Positions 1 through 10,400 of a DNA stretch of 64,000 nucleotides are shown piece after piece (position 1 is the stretch's first letter; every line of letters starts with the position of its first letter). The stretch is taken from assembly GCA_965224245.1 (NCBI GenBank), contig OZ245046.1:6240001-6304000 (forward strand). Reading direction: 5' to 3'. Source of the stretch: Candidatus Eiseniibacteriota bacterium (lineage in GTDB: Bacteria > Eisenbacteria > RBG-16-71-46 > CAZAMP01). The position numbers and the translations under genes are program-made. The notes under the pieces were generated by a model. It did no database searches and was not told the origin of the DNA. It was given only the letters and a program-made list of their open reading frames with translations.

Positions 1-2
1 TC

Positions 3-203
3 CCGCGGCGGCTGCCGTCCGGTCGCTCGGGCAACCACACCGATCGGGGGTGGCTCATCGCGCGGGGAGCCGGTGTGACGCCGGGAGCCTTCGGACGCGA
101 GCACCACGTCGTGGATCTGGCCCCCACGGTGCTCGCGCACCTCGGCCTCGCGCCCGACCCCAGCGTTCAGGGCAGGCCCATCGATCTGCAGGGTGACCCA
201 TGA
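3..203 (+). CDS. 3' end of alkaline-phosphatase-superfamily protein (type I phosphodiesterase/nucleotide pyrophosphatase-like), partial at window edge
   Basis: Manual translation PRRLPSGRSGNHTDRGWLIARGAGV...HVVDLAPTVLAHLGL...QGRPIDLQGDP* matches the typical GxH...DLAPTxL C-terminus. The stop overlaps the next start (ATGA 200-203). Confidence 0.7.
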   Translation, partial: PRRLPSGRSGNHTDRGWLIARGAGVTPGAFGREHHVVDLAPTVLAHLGLAPDPSVQGRPIDLQGDP

Positions 204-1783
204 TCCTGACTCCGCCGGAACTGGCGTCCGACGTCTACGACGTGTGTGTGATCGGGGCCGGCCCCGCCGGGATCACGCTCGCGCTGGAGCTCGAGCCAAC
301 CGGCATGGGCATCTGCTTGCTCGAGGCGGGGGGAGAAACCTACGAGCCGCGGGCGCAACGGCTGCTGGAGGGGACGATGGAGGGTGACCGCTATCCTCCG
401 CTGCGCGACACCCGCCTCTCCGCGCTGGGGGGCACCAGCCATGTCTGGGCGGGCTGGTGCCGGCCGCTGGATCCAATCGACTTCGACCCGCGACCGGGAC
501 GGGACGGATGCGGCTGGCCTCTCGGTGCCTCCGATCTCGAGCCGTACTACCGTCGGGCGCACGAGTATCTCGGCCTCGGCGCGTTCGACTACGACGCTCC
601 CGGCGACGCGCTTCGAGACGATCTGCTGCCGATCCGCCCGGCCGATGTCGCGCACGCGGTGTTCCGGGTGGTGCCGCGGCAGCTCGGCGCCCGCTACCGC
701 GGCCGGCTCGAGGTCGCGCAGAACGTGCACCTGGTGCTGCACTCACCGGTGATGCGGTTGCGCATGAACCCCGGAGGTGATTGCGATGGTGCCTGCGTAC
801 GCGGGCCCGACGGTCGCGATCTCCGGATACGCGCACGGCGCTACGTGCTGGCGGCGGGCGGCATCGAGAACGCACGGCTGTTGCTGCTCTCAGCCGAGTC
901 GCCCGAGTCGGCACCGGGCAACTCCGCCGATGTTCTCGGTCGGTACTTCACGGATCATCCGTTCGCGAACGTGGGCACGATGCATCTGAACGCGCCCCGT
1001 GCGCTCACCGCGTACTTTCCGCGCCGGCCGGCCGGGGACACCGCGGGACCGGGGGTGGCCCCGCAGGTACGGACCACGCTCAGTCTGCCGCGCCACGTGC
1101 TCGAGCAGGAGGGGTCGCTGAACGCGGCGCTGTTCTTTCACCCCCGATATGAAGCGCACGAGGTGTTCGACCACCCCGAGGTCGCGGCGCTGCTGGAGGT
1201 CTGGAACAAGCTACGGGGCAAGGCCGTGCCGGGCGGGCTGCGTCCATACCTACAGAGAGCGGTCAGGGCTCCGCACCGACTCGTCGTCGCCGGGGCCCGA
1301 AAGCTACTGATCGGTGCCGGACCGGGTCGGACGTGGCGCTGCCGCGCCATGTTCGAGACGGAGTCGCGCGCCGAGAACCGGGTGACGCTGGGCGTGCGAC
1401 GCGATGCATTGGATCGTCCCCTCGCCCATGTCGACTGGCATCTGAGTGAACTCGATCTGCTGAACATGCGATCGATCATGGGCCGCTTCGACCGCGCCCT
1501 CCGTTCGACCGGCATCGGATGGATCGAGTTCGCGTGCCAGGACACGGCGGATGGGTGGCGCAGCCTGGCGGAGGGCGGGAAGCACCACATGGGCACGACA
1601 CGCATGCACGTCTCGCCCCGGTCCGGCGTCGTCGACGCGGACTGCCGGGTGCACGGTGTCTCGAACCTGTACGTGGCCGGCAGCTCGGTCTTTCCCAGTG
1701 GCGGCTATGCGAATCCGACGCTGACGATCGTCGCTCTGGCGATCCGTCTGGGGGACCACCTGAGGAACGGGACGACGACGTGA
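200..1783 (+). CDS. GMC-family FAD-dependent oxidoreductase
   Basis: N-terminal VIGAGPAG dinucleotide motif, LGGTSHVWAG, LAAGGIENARLLL, C-terminal HHMGTTRM and NPTLTIVALAIRL. Confidence 0.92.
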   Translation: MILTPPELASDVYDVCVIGAGPAGITLALELEPTGMGICLLEAGGETYEPRAQRLLEGTMEGDRYPPLRDTRLSALGGTSHVWAGWCRPLDPIDFDPRPGRDGCGWPLGASDLEPYYRRAHEYLGLGAFDYDAPGDALRDDLLPIRPADVAHAVFRVVPRQLGARYRGRLEVAQNVHLVLHSPVMRLRMNPGGDCDGACVRGPDGRDLRIRARRYVLAAGGIENARLLLLSAESPESAPGNSADVLGRYFTDHPFANVGTMHLNAPRALTAYFPRRPAGDTAGPGVAPQVRTTLSLPRHVLEQEGSLNAALFFHPRYEAHEVFDHPEVAALLEVWNKLRGKAVPGGLRPYLQRAVRAPHRLVVAGARKLLIGAGPGRTWRCRAMFETESRAENRVTLGVRRDALDRPLAHVDWHLSELDLLNMRSIMGRFDRALRSTGIGWIEFACQDTADGWRSLAEGGKHHMGTTRMHVSPRSGVVDADCRVHGVSNLYVAGSSVFPSGGYANPTLTIVALAIRLGDHLRNGTTT

Positions 1784-2043
1784 ACCCGTGCCGTATCATC
1801 CCGGCTTCGCCCACGATCTCCTTCACGTGACGCTCCGGTCTCAGTGCTGGATCGTCGAAAGACTCTCCGGATTGGAGCAGCGAGTCGATCGATCGTTCAA
1901 CCGAGGCGAGCGGTGAGTCGACTCGCATTCGGGATGGGCAGTCGAGAAGATTCACTCCCGTGCTTCGGCCCCGAGATCATAGAATGGTGCGTGCGACGCC
2001 GTCGCGCCGATCCGTCATCCGCAATCTCAGCCTGTAACAACGT

Positions 2044-4548
2044 GTGGGAGCTTCTGGAGGCACAGTGGTTTCTCTATTCGCGCTCGTTCTCCTGGTCGGA
2101 ATCGCCGGATCGGCCCTCGGCGATCCGGATCCCGTGCTGGAGTGGCTCCGGGGCCGGGATCAGCACTTCGCCGAGCATCCCGAGCTCGTGGGAAAGTCCG
2201 GGACGGGCTACAACCCCTACGCGCGGGCGAGGTGGTTCCTCGAGCAGCGAATGGTCGACGGTGCCCTCCCCGAGGGCGACGCCCGGCTGAAGGTGTGGGA
2301 AGACGAGCGCGGCCGCGTCGCGAGGACCGGGGACAGCTGGTTCTCCGTCGGTCCGAGCAACTTCGGGGGCAGGCTCCTCAGCATGACGTTCGACCCCGGC
2401 AACTCGCAGAGAATCTACGCGGGGGCGGCCGGCGGAGGGCTCTGGCGGACCGACGACGCCGGCGCGTCCTGGGAGCCGCTGACGGACACGTATCCGTTCA
2501 TCGCCATCGGCGGCGTGGCCGTGAAGCCGGGCGATCCGACCCGGATCATCGTCGGGACGGGGCAGGGTCAGCCCGGAGGCAACGCCGTCGACGGCATCGG
2601 AGTCTGGCGGTCGCTGAACGGCGGGAGCTCCTGGCAGTCGACGTCGCTCCACCACGACCGTGACACCACGAACGGCTTCTACTTCGTGAAGTACCACCCG
2701 AACGCCAGTGTCGTCTTCGCCGGCTCGCAGTCGGCGCTGTCCCGATCCGTGGACGACGGAGCGACCTGGACGACCGTCCTGGGCGTGGGCTGCACGGACA
2801 TCGCTCTGCTGCCCGGCTCGCCGGTCGCTCTCGCGATCCAGGGGCGGCCCGCGACCGGTGCCGGGATCTACCGCTCGACGGACGGCGGAACGAGCTGGAC
2901 GGCCGTGCACAACCCCTCGTCCTGCGGGCGCGGGCGGGTCGCGTTCGCACCATCCGACCCGACCATCGCCTACGCGCTCCTCGGGCACTCCGATGGTGAC
3001 GGCCTCCGCGGGGTCTTCCGGTCCGACGATGGCGGTGCGACGTGGGCCCCGGTCAACGCCGACTACAGCCTCACGAGCGGGGGCCAGAGCTCGATGCACC
3101 AGGCGCTCGCCATTCACCCCGACGATCCGGACCTGATCATCGTGGGCGGCGTCAATCTCATGCGCTCGAGCAACGGCGGCGTGGACTTCGAGCGGCTCAA
3201 CGATGCGATCGGGCCGCACGTCGACTATCTCGGGGCGATCTGGGATCCGGTCACTCCGGATCTGCTCTGGATCTGGGGCGATGGCGGGGTCTGGCAGTCT
3301 CCGGACAACGGCGACACCTGGGTCGAGAAGAGCACGGACCTGCGCAACATCCAGCTCTACGACGTCGGGACGAGCGTCGCCTCGGCCACGGTGGACGTTC
3401 TCTTCGGAGGGGCCCAGGACAACGGAGTGGAGAGACGCGATCCCGGGGACACCACCTGGGACGTCGTCTTCGCGGGCGACGGCACGATCACGGTCGTCCA
3501 CTCGACGGATCCCGATATCGTCTTCGCCACGAAGCAGCGGGGACTCCACCTGCGGAGCCTCGATGGCGGCAGCAGCTTCGACTTCATGTACGGCGGGTTG
3601 CCCGGCGGCGATGCGGGCCCCTTCGTCACGCCGAAGGTGGCGGATCCGAGCAACCCGGAGGTGCTGTTCACGACCACGACGACGGAGCTGTACCGGTCCA
3701 CCGCCGCCTCGACGTGCGACGCCGACTGCTGGAGCCCGGTCGACAACTCCGGTCGGCCGGCGGTGTCGCTATCGGTGAGCCCGGCCGACGGCAACGTGGT
3801 CTGGGCCTTGATGCAGGACGGGACCGTCCGCAAGTCCGCCGACGGGGGGAGCTCGTTCGCGCCGGTGACGACCCCGACGGCGTCGGGGGAGCCCACCTGC
3901 ATCGCGGCCCATCCGTCGAGCGCCGCCGTCGTCTTCGCGACGTTCTCCGGGTACGGGACCGGCGCCCACGTGGTCCGCTCTCCGGACGGCGGGACGACCT
4001 GGTTGGACATGACCGGGAACCTTCCCGACGCTCCCGTCAACACGATCGCGATTCCCTCGGACGTCCACGCGATCTACGTGGGGACGGATGTCGGCGTGCA
4101 TGCCACGACCGATGGTGTGACCTGGGCGGAGTACGGCAGCGACCTGCCGTTCACGGTCGTGACCGATCTGGAGATACACGAGGCCTCCGGCACCCTGGTG
4201 GCGGCGACGTACGGGCGCGGGGCGTGGGTGACCACGCTGATGTCCATGCTGGCCGTGGATCCGGACGTCGTGACCTCTGCCGGCAATCTCCTCCTGGCAC
4301 CGCCGGCTCCGAACCCGGTCGAGGGGGAAGCCCGCATCCGCTATGCGGCGCACGCCTCCTCGCCCGTGACGCTCGACGTCTTCGACGTGAACGGAAGGCG
4401 GGTCACCCGGGTGACGGAGCTGGCGACCGGGGACGGCGAGGTCCACGAGGCGATCTGGAGGACGGACTCGGTCCCGGCCGGGGTGTATCTCCTGCGATTG
4501 CGAGCCGGGGGACGCGAGGCCGCGAGGCGGGTCACGGTGGTGAAGTGA
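2044..4548 (+). CDS. Secreted BNR/Asp-box (VPS10-like) beta-propeller protein with FlgD/T9SS-like CTD
   Basis: Hydrophobic N-terminus (start may be GTG 2065 after GGAGG), many SxDGGxxW repeats, ATYGRG, then PNP...DVNGRRV...GVYLLRL. Confidence 0.85.
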   Translation: MGASGGTVVSLFALVLLVGIAGSALGDPDPVLEWLRGRDQHFAEHPELVGKSGTGYNPYARARWFLEQRMVDGALPEGDARLKVWEDERGRVARTGDSWFSVGPSNFGGRLLSMTFDPGNSQRIYAGAAGGGLWRTDDAGASWEPLTDTYPFIAIGGVAVKPGDPTRIIVGTGQGQPGGNAVDGIGVWRSLNGGSSWQSTSLHHDRDTTNGFYFVKYHPNASVVFAGSQSALSRSVDDGATWTTVLGVGCTDIALLPGSPVALAIQGRPATGAGIYRSTDGGTSWTAVHNPSSCGRGRVAFAPSDPTIAYALLGHSDGDGLRGVFRSDDGGATWAPVNADYSLTSGGQSSMHQALAIHPDDPDLIIVGGVNLMRSSNGGVDFERLNDAIGPHVDYLGAIWDPVTPDLLWIWGDGGVWQSPDNGDTWVEKSTDLRNIQLYDVGTSVASATVDVLFGGAQDNGVERRDPGDTTWDVVFAGDGTITVVHSTDPDIVFATKQRGLHLRSLDGGSSFDFMYGGLPGGDAGPFVTPKVADPSNPEVLFTTTTTELYRSTAASTCDADCWSPVDNSGRPAVSLSVSPADGNVVWALMQDGTVRKSADGGSSFAPVTTPTASGEPTCIAAHPSSAAVVFATFSGYGTGAHVVRSPDGGTTWLDMTGNLPDAPVNTIAIPSDVHAIYVGTDVGVHATTDGVTWAEYGSDLPFTVVTDLEIHEASGTLVAATYGRGAWVTTLMSMLAVDPDVVTSAGNLLLAPPAPNPVEGEARIRYAAHASSPVTLDVFDVNGRRVTRVTELATGDGEVHEAIWRTDSVPAGVYLLRLRAGGREAARRVTVVK

Positions 4549-4559
4549 GGGAACGACCC

Positions 4560-4883
4560 CTCGAAGCCTCGGGAGTTCAGATCCCACGGACGTCGTACCA
4601 GGCGCCGAACATGAGTGCCGGCGCCGAGTGGCTCGTGCGATCGATCAAGACGCAGTGCCTGGATCAGATGATCCTCCTCGGTCCGGCCTCAGTGGAGCGG
4701 GCGATCTCGGAGTACACGCCCACTCTCACGGGGAGCGAAGCCAGGGCATCGGCGACACGCTGGTCAACGGCACAGATCCACGATCCGACGGCGCGATCCA
4801 TGTAGAGCAGCGCCTCGGCGGGCTGCTCGAGTTCTACGATTGGCGGGCCGCGTGAGCTCGTTCGAGTATTCGGACACAACGGG
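4560..4883 (+). mobile_element. Frameshifted 3' remnant and right end of an integrase-core (rve) transposase element
   Basis: Two frames give QAPNMSAGAEWLVRSIKTQCLDQMILLGPASVERAISEY and HGERSQGIGDTLV...EQRLGGLLEFYDWRAA*, resembling the family tail ER.VRSIK.ECL...HQG.GN.L...RLGGLL..Y...A. It is followed by TTCGGACACAACGGG (4869-4883). Confidence 0.8.
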
Positions 4884-4887
4884 AACA

Positions 4888-5544
4888 CTATCGAACCAGG
4901 ACGAATCGACGAGTCTCCGAGGCCTCGCCAACCTCCAGTCGCTGCCAGTAGATGCCGGATGGCGCCACTTCACCGTGATCATCGTGTCCATCCCAGTCCA
5001 GGTGATGCGTACCCGCGACGAGCTCTGCGTCGAGAAGCTCCCGCACGACGCGACCGCTCACATCGAGTACACGGAGGGTGACCCGCCCCTGAGCCGGAAG
5101 CACGAACTCGATCGACGTCGTCCCGCGGGATGGATTGGGATGGACGCGGTGGAGCAGCGCGTGGGAGTCCGGTGAACCGCTCGCGTCGGAGCCGACGCTG
5201 ACGATCTCCGCCGTGCACCTGTCGAAGAACGTCTGCTGTGCGATCGGATCGCCGTCGACGTTGAACTCGTTGCCGCACCAGACCGAGAGAATGTCGAGCG
5301 CACCGGGCACGTCGTCGACGATCGCGATCCCGTTGTACTCCCCGATCCGCAGCGTGGCAGTGCTCGGGGTCAGATCAACGTGCTCCGACCACGCAACACC
5401 ATCATAGTGGTAGACTCTGCCCCAATCGTTGGGGACGAAGACGTCGGTTCCCGAGCTGCCCCAGATCTCCCAGCCTCCCCGAACCGCACCCTCGGTGTCG
5501 GTCCAGCCAACGCCGTCGTACGACCAACACTTGTCGTTGAGCGG
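4888..5544 (-). pseudogene. 5'-truncated secreted protein: HYDGxxW propeller repeats + FlgD/T9SS-like CTD
   Basis: The frame stays open upstream of the tracked ORF (WSYDGVGW...IWGSSGTDVF...VYHYDGVAW...IGEYNGIA...PNPSRG...WDGHDD...GIYWQRL) up to a TAG at 5545-5547 inside a transposase remnant. No signal peptide or start is present. Confidence 0.75.
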
Positions 5545-5610
5545 CTAGGTGGGCTGCTGAGGCACTACCATCGGGAGACGGCGTGATCGGTGCGCTTCTG
5601 GGTCCTGTCG
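5539..5610 (+). mobile_element. Short 3' remnant of the same rve transposase family
   Basis: Encodes ERLGGLLRHYHRETA* (stop 5584-5586), homologous to QRLGGLLEFYDWRAA* ending at 4855. Confidence 0.7.
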
Positions 5611-5822
5611 AGTTGCTTGACCGACATCGGATGTGACCTGCACCAGCCAGCAGTGCGTGAGTCGCCATGGAAGCCACTGTGTGGCTTGCGGCTACGGCAT
5701 GGGCTGCGGGCGCGGGCCGTCCAGGCGAGCTGACCTCCCAGGCATGATCAGGGTTCCCGCACTGTAACCCCGACTGCACGCGCGTTTCGTCTTCCGATCA
5801 TCCACCTCACTCGACCGAACCG

Positions 5823-5890
5823 GTGTTCAGACTCTCCGTTACGTTTTCCGTGCTTTCTTGTGCGCGTTTCGCGCGCTGCTGCGCACCTCC
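5823..5890 (+). mobile_element. Possible decayed N-terminal remnant of an rve transposase
   Basis: With one frameshift it reads MFRL/LRYVFRAFLCAFRALLRT, resembling the hydrophobic helix that precedes the LENxxLRxQL motif seen at about 17120-17200. Confidence 0.3.
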
Positions 5891-5971
5891 GGGTGAGGTC
5901 GGCGACACGACGCGAGGCAACGGCCGATGTGTGCGGCGTGCAGCTCATCCCCCCGCGTCAGGAGATCCGTC

Positions 5972-6187
5972 ATGCAGAGCTCATCCGCGAGATCCTCTTC
6001 AAGGCTGGACGTTGCGCCGATACGAGCTCTCCTCCTCATCGTCGTACTCGCGCCGAGCCCATTCCTCTTTCCTCATGACGTACACGGGCAGTGTCTTCCT
6101 GCCCCTGCGGGCTTTGCAGGCTGGCGGCCACACGACGAGAGGGTTGCGCCCGAAGCGCCAGAAGTCGGGGGCGCTCTCTTCCGGTAG
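5972..6187 (+). pseudogene. Probable 3'-truncated secreted protein fragment (signal peptide + first residues of a LamG-like domain)
   Basis: AGGAG precedes ATG 5972. The signal-like RALLLIVVLAPSPFLF is followed by QCLPAPAGFAGW (compare CxPxPxGLVxWWPGD starts of LamG-type domains), then the ORF ends. Confidence 0.4.
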
Positions 6188-6223
6188 CGCGCCCTAAAGC
6201 GACTTCCATCCTGGAGGTGTCCG

Positions 6224-7402
6224 ATGAGATCCATCCTCGTCTCCGTTCTGTCCGCCAGTGTGGCGCTCGCCCTGGGCTCGCAGGGGGCTCTGTCGCACAC
6301 TCAGATCACCACCGACCCGGCCGACGACTCGTATCCCGCGTGGTCGCCCGAGGGCACCCACATCGCATTCCACTCGGACCGTGGCGGCAATGACGACATC
6401 TGGGTGATCCGGCTGTCGGACGGCGACCTGACCCAGATCACCACCGACCTGGGTTCGGACATCCGACCCCACTGGTCGCCCGACGGCAGTCAGATCGCCT
6501 TCGTGTCGGACCGAGGCGGCAGCAACGACATCTGGGTGATCCGGCTGTCGGACGGCGACCTGACCCAGATCACCGATCACCCACTTGACGAGCAAATGCC
6601 CGCCTGGTCGCCTGACGGCAGCCAGATTGCCTTCTGGGCGGACTGGAGTGGCAACAATGACGTCTGGAGGATCCGGCTGTCAGACGGCGAGCTGGTCAAC
6701 ATCACCGACCACCCCGCCAGCGACACCCATCCCACGTGGTCACCCGACGGTAGCCAGATCGCCTTCCCGTCGCTCCGTAGCGGCAATCAGGACATCTGGG
6801 TGATCCGGCTGTCGGACGGCGCGCTGACCCAGATCACCACCACCGGCGACAGGGACGTCTTTCCCGGCTGGTCGATCAACGACGAGATCGTCTTCTTCAA
6901 GCAAGCCGACGAGATCATCGACATCTGGAAGGTCCCGGCGACGGCGGACGGCACGCAGCAGCGGTTGACCGCCAACCTGGCGGATGACCGTGAACCCGCC
7001 TGGTCACCCGACGGCAGTCAGATCGCCTTTTCGTCCGACCGTGACGATGGCGATGGTATCGACGACAGGGACATCTGGATCATACCCGGCACGATCTCCG
7101 TCGGCACCTCCGCGCCACTGGCCCGGAGCATGATCCTCGCCCCGTATCCGAACCCGCTCAACCCGACGGCGACCCTTCCGTTCACGCTCGGGACGGCCGG
7201 CTCGAGCCGGATTCTGGTGTACGACGTCAGCGGTCGCTTCGTGCGGCGGCTCGTGGATGACCACCTTCCCGCCGGTGAGCACTCGGTCACCTGGGATGGT
7301 CGCGATGCGACCGGGTCACCGATGCCCAGCAGCGTGTATGTCTACGTGCTGAGTGTCGATGGCGAGGTCGTCGGAACCCGGAAGGCGGCGCTGCTGAGAT
7401 AG
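6224..7402 (+). CDS. Secreted TolB-like PD40-repeat beta-propeller with FlgD/T9SS-like CTD
   Basis: GGAGG RBS, signal peptide, repeated PxWSPDGSQIAFxSxRxGxxDIW, C-terminal PNPLNP...YDVSGR...WDGRD. Confidence 0.9.
   Translation: MRSILVSVLSASVALALGSQGALSHTQITTDPADDSYPAWSPEGTHIAFHSDRGGNDDIWVIRLSDGDLTQITTDLGSDIRPHWSPDGSQIAFVSDRGGSNDIWVIRLSDGDLTQITDHPLDEQMPAWSPDGSQIAFWADWSGNNDVWRIRLSDGELVNITDHPASDTHPTWSPDGSQIAFPSLRSGNQDIWVIRLSDGALTQITTTGDRDVFPGWSINDEIVFFKQADEIIDIWKVPATADGTQQRLTANLADDREPAWSPDGSQIAFSSDRDDGDGIDDRDIWIIPGTISVGTSAPLARSMILAPYPNPLNPTATLPFTLGTAGSSRILVYDVSGRFVRRLVDDHLPAGEHSVTWDGRDATGSPMPSSVYVYVLSVDGEVVGTRKAALLR
6395..6838 (+). repeat. Intragenic 132-bp tandem repeats (PD40 units)
   Basis: Units start at 6395, 6527, 6659 and 6791. 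The first two share an identical 48-mer, GACATCTGGGTGATCCGGCTGTCGGACGGCGACCTGACCCAGATCACC. Confidence 0.9.
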
Positions 7403-7454
7403 TGCATTCAAGTCCGGGCCTTCCGGAGGCACAGTTACGACAATCAAGGGTGGC

Positions 7455-10400
7455 GTGACCATGTTCTACGAGCGAACGATGGGACGGCTCGAACGTTCCG
7501 GCGTGGCCGCTTGCACGGCGGTGATCGTTCTGGCGCTGGCCGCGGCGGAAGACGTAGCCGTCTCGGCGGACCAGGTGTCTCGTACTGCCACTAGGCCCGG
7601 GAATCGGGGCGACTGCACGCACCCGCTCTTCGACGAAGAGGTGGTCTACCCTGCGGGCCGAGGCGCAGAGCGCGTGGCAACAGGTGACCTGGACGGTGAC
7701 CTCGATCTCGACCTGGTCGTCACGAACTCCTCACATGGCGACGTTTCGGTTCTGCTCGGCAACGGTGACGGCACCTTCGCCGCCGACACCCGCGTCGTCG
7801 TGGGTGCTCGACCGGGCGGCGTCGCGCTCGGCGACCTGGACGGTGACCTCGACCTCGACCTGGTCGTCACGATCTCCAGAGATGACGTCGTTGCGGTTCT
7901 GCTCGGCAACGGCGACGGCACCTTCGCGCTGGGCACCCGCTTCGCTGTGGGTGATGAGCCCGCCCCCGTCGCGCTCGGCGACCTGGACGGTGACCTCGAT
8001 CTGGATCTCGTCGTTTCGAACAGGGCGGACGACGACGTGTCCGTTCTGTTGAACGACGGGAACGGGATCTTCGCGGCTGGTGTCCGCTACGACGTGGGTG
8101 ACCGACCGAACGGTCTAGCATTGGGAGACCTGGACGGGGACGAGGATCTCGACCTGGTCGTCGCCAACAATGAGGACGACGATTTCTCGGTGCTCTTCAA
8201 CCACGGTGACGGAACGATGGCACCCGGCGTGCGCTTCGATGCGCAGAAGGGCCCGAATGGCGTGGCCATTGGTGATCTGGATGGGGACCTCGACCTCGAT
8301 GTAGCGATCGTGAACGAGGACGTGGACAGGATCTCGGTATTCGCAAATGACGGCAACGGGGTCTTCCCGTCCGCTGCCGTGTACGGCGCTGGGAACGAAG
8401 GCGTCCAGGTGGCCATGGCCGACTTTGATGGAAACGGCAGCCTGGATCTGGTCTCCAGCAATCTGGACGGCGACAACGTATCGATGTTGCTGAACAACGG
8501 GGACGGGACGTTTGCGGCCCGTGTGTTCTACGGCACGGGCGACAGACCTGCAGGGCTTGCGATCGGTGACCTCGACGGCGACTTCAAGACGGACGTCGTC
8601 ACGGCGAGCAACGGCGACGACAGCATCTCCGTACTGCTGAATCGATGTGAGCCCGCGACGGAATGCGGCGACTTTCCGTGCGGTCCCGACGATGACAACG
8701 TCTTGCTCTGTCACGTTCACGTTGTTCCAGGAAAAACGGCACACGCGCGCACGCTCTGCCTGAGTCCCGATGCGGCTGCTGCCCACATGAGAGACCATGA
8801 AGGTGACCATTGCGGACCCTGCGAGGCTTCTGCGCTCGAGACCCACCAGAAGATCAGCGACACCGAGGGCGGCTTCGAGGGTGTTCTGGACGACGGCGAC
8901 CGGTTCTCAGCGGCGTGCGGGATCGGAGACGTCGACGGTGACGGGATCCCCGACCTCGCGGTCGGATCCCCCTTCGATGACGACGGCGGCACGGACCGCG
9001 GCGCGGTGTGGATTCTCTACCTCAATGCCGACGGCACCGTGAAGGATCACCGGAAGATCAGCGACACGGCGGGCGGCTTCGACGGCACGCTGCGTGACCA
9101 GGACCACTTCGGTTTCGCCGTGGCGCCCCTGGGTGATCTCGACGGGGAAGGACCTGCCGAGTGGGCCCTGGCGGTGGGCGCGATTGGCCTCGACCAAAGG
9201 AACGTTTACGGACGGTCGGACGAGTCGGTCTGGGTTCTGTTCATGGCCGGGGATGGCACCGTCCTCGGATACGAGGAGATCCACCATCCGTTTCGGGACG
9301 CCAGCGGCGGTCTCGATTATTGCTCGGATGGCGAGCACGGGTTTGCCCTCAGCTCACTGGGAGACCTCGACGGGGACGGTGTCGTCGATCTGGCCGTGGG
9401 TTCGCCCGGGGAAGGTTGGGAGAACCACGGGTTTTTCGGTGCGGTCCGGATCTTGTTCCTGAACAGGGATGGAACCTGGAAGCATGACTCGTGGGTCGGC
9501 GTGCAGTACAGATGGATTTGTGGGGTCGGGGGCGCCGACTCCTACATGCCTTTGGGCGTGCATGACGACTTTGGCTCTTCGGTCACGACACTCGGGGATC
9601 TCGATGGAGACGGCATCGTGGATCTGGCGGTCGGCGCATCGGGGGACGACGACGGCGGCAGGGACCGTGGTGCGATGTATGTCCTGTTCCTGAACACGGA
9701 CGGCACGGTCAGGGAGTACCAGAAGATCAGCGACACCGCCGGTGGCTTCGAAGGCATCCTGGACGACCATGACACCTTCGGTCGGACGGCCACCGCGCTG
9801 GGCGATCTCGACGGCGACGGCGTCGTCGATCTGGCCGTCGGTGCGTCGGGGGACGACGACGGCGGCGATGCGGTGTGCGACTACCTCGAGCCATGCACCG
9901 ACCGTGGGGCGTTGTGGCTCCTCTTCTTGAACCCGGACGGCACCGTGAAGGACCATCACAAGCTCAGCGACACGGCCGGTGGATTCTACGGCGTGCTGGA
10001 TGACGACGACTCCTTCGGCATCGCTCCGGCTCTTCTGGGCGATCTCGATGGCGACGGGGTGCAGGACCTCGCCGTGGGCGCATTGGGGGACGACGACGGT
10101 GGCGTGGACCGGGGTGCGGTGTGGGTGCTCTTCGTGGATCGCGTCGTCGACGGAGCACGCGCCGGAGTGGCGACGCCCAGCGGCACCACGAGCACGTTCC
10201 GGCTCTCGGCCGGCACACCCAGTCCATTCCGTCGTTTCACGACGATTCGGTACGAGGTCACCCAGCCCTCGGTGGTCGAACTTGGCATCTACGACGTTCA
10301 GGGTCGACTGGTTCGGACGCTCCACAGCGGATTGCAGGTGGGTCTCCATGCGGTCACGTGGGAAGGGCGTGACGGGCTGGGCTCGACAATCGCTCCGGGC

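Noticed and set aside
6395-8100. Regularly spaced DNA repeats as a possible CRISPR array
   Set aside because: The periods (132 and 147 bp) are multiples of three, lie in frame within protein repeats, and no cas genes are present.
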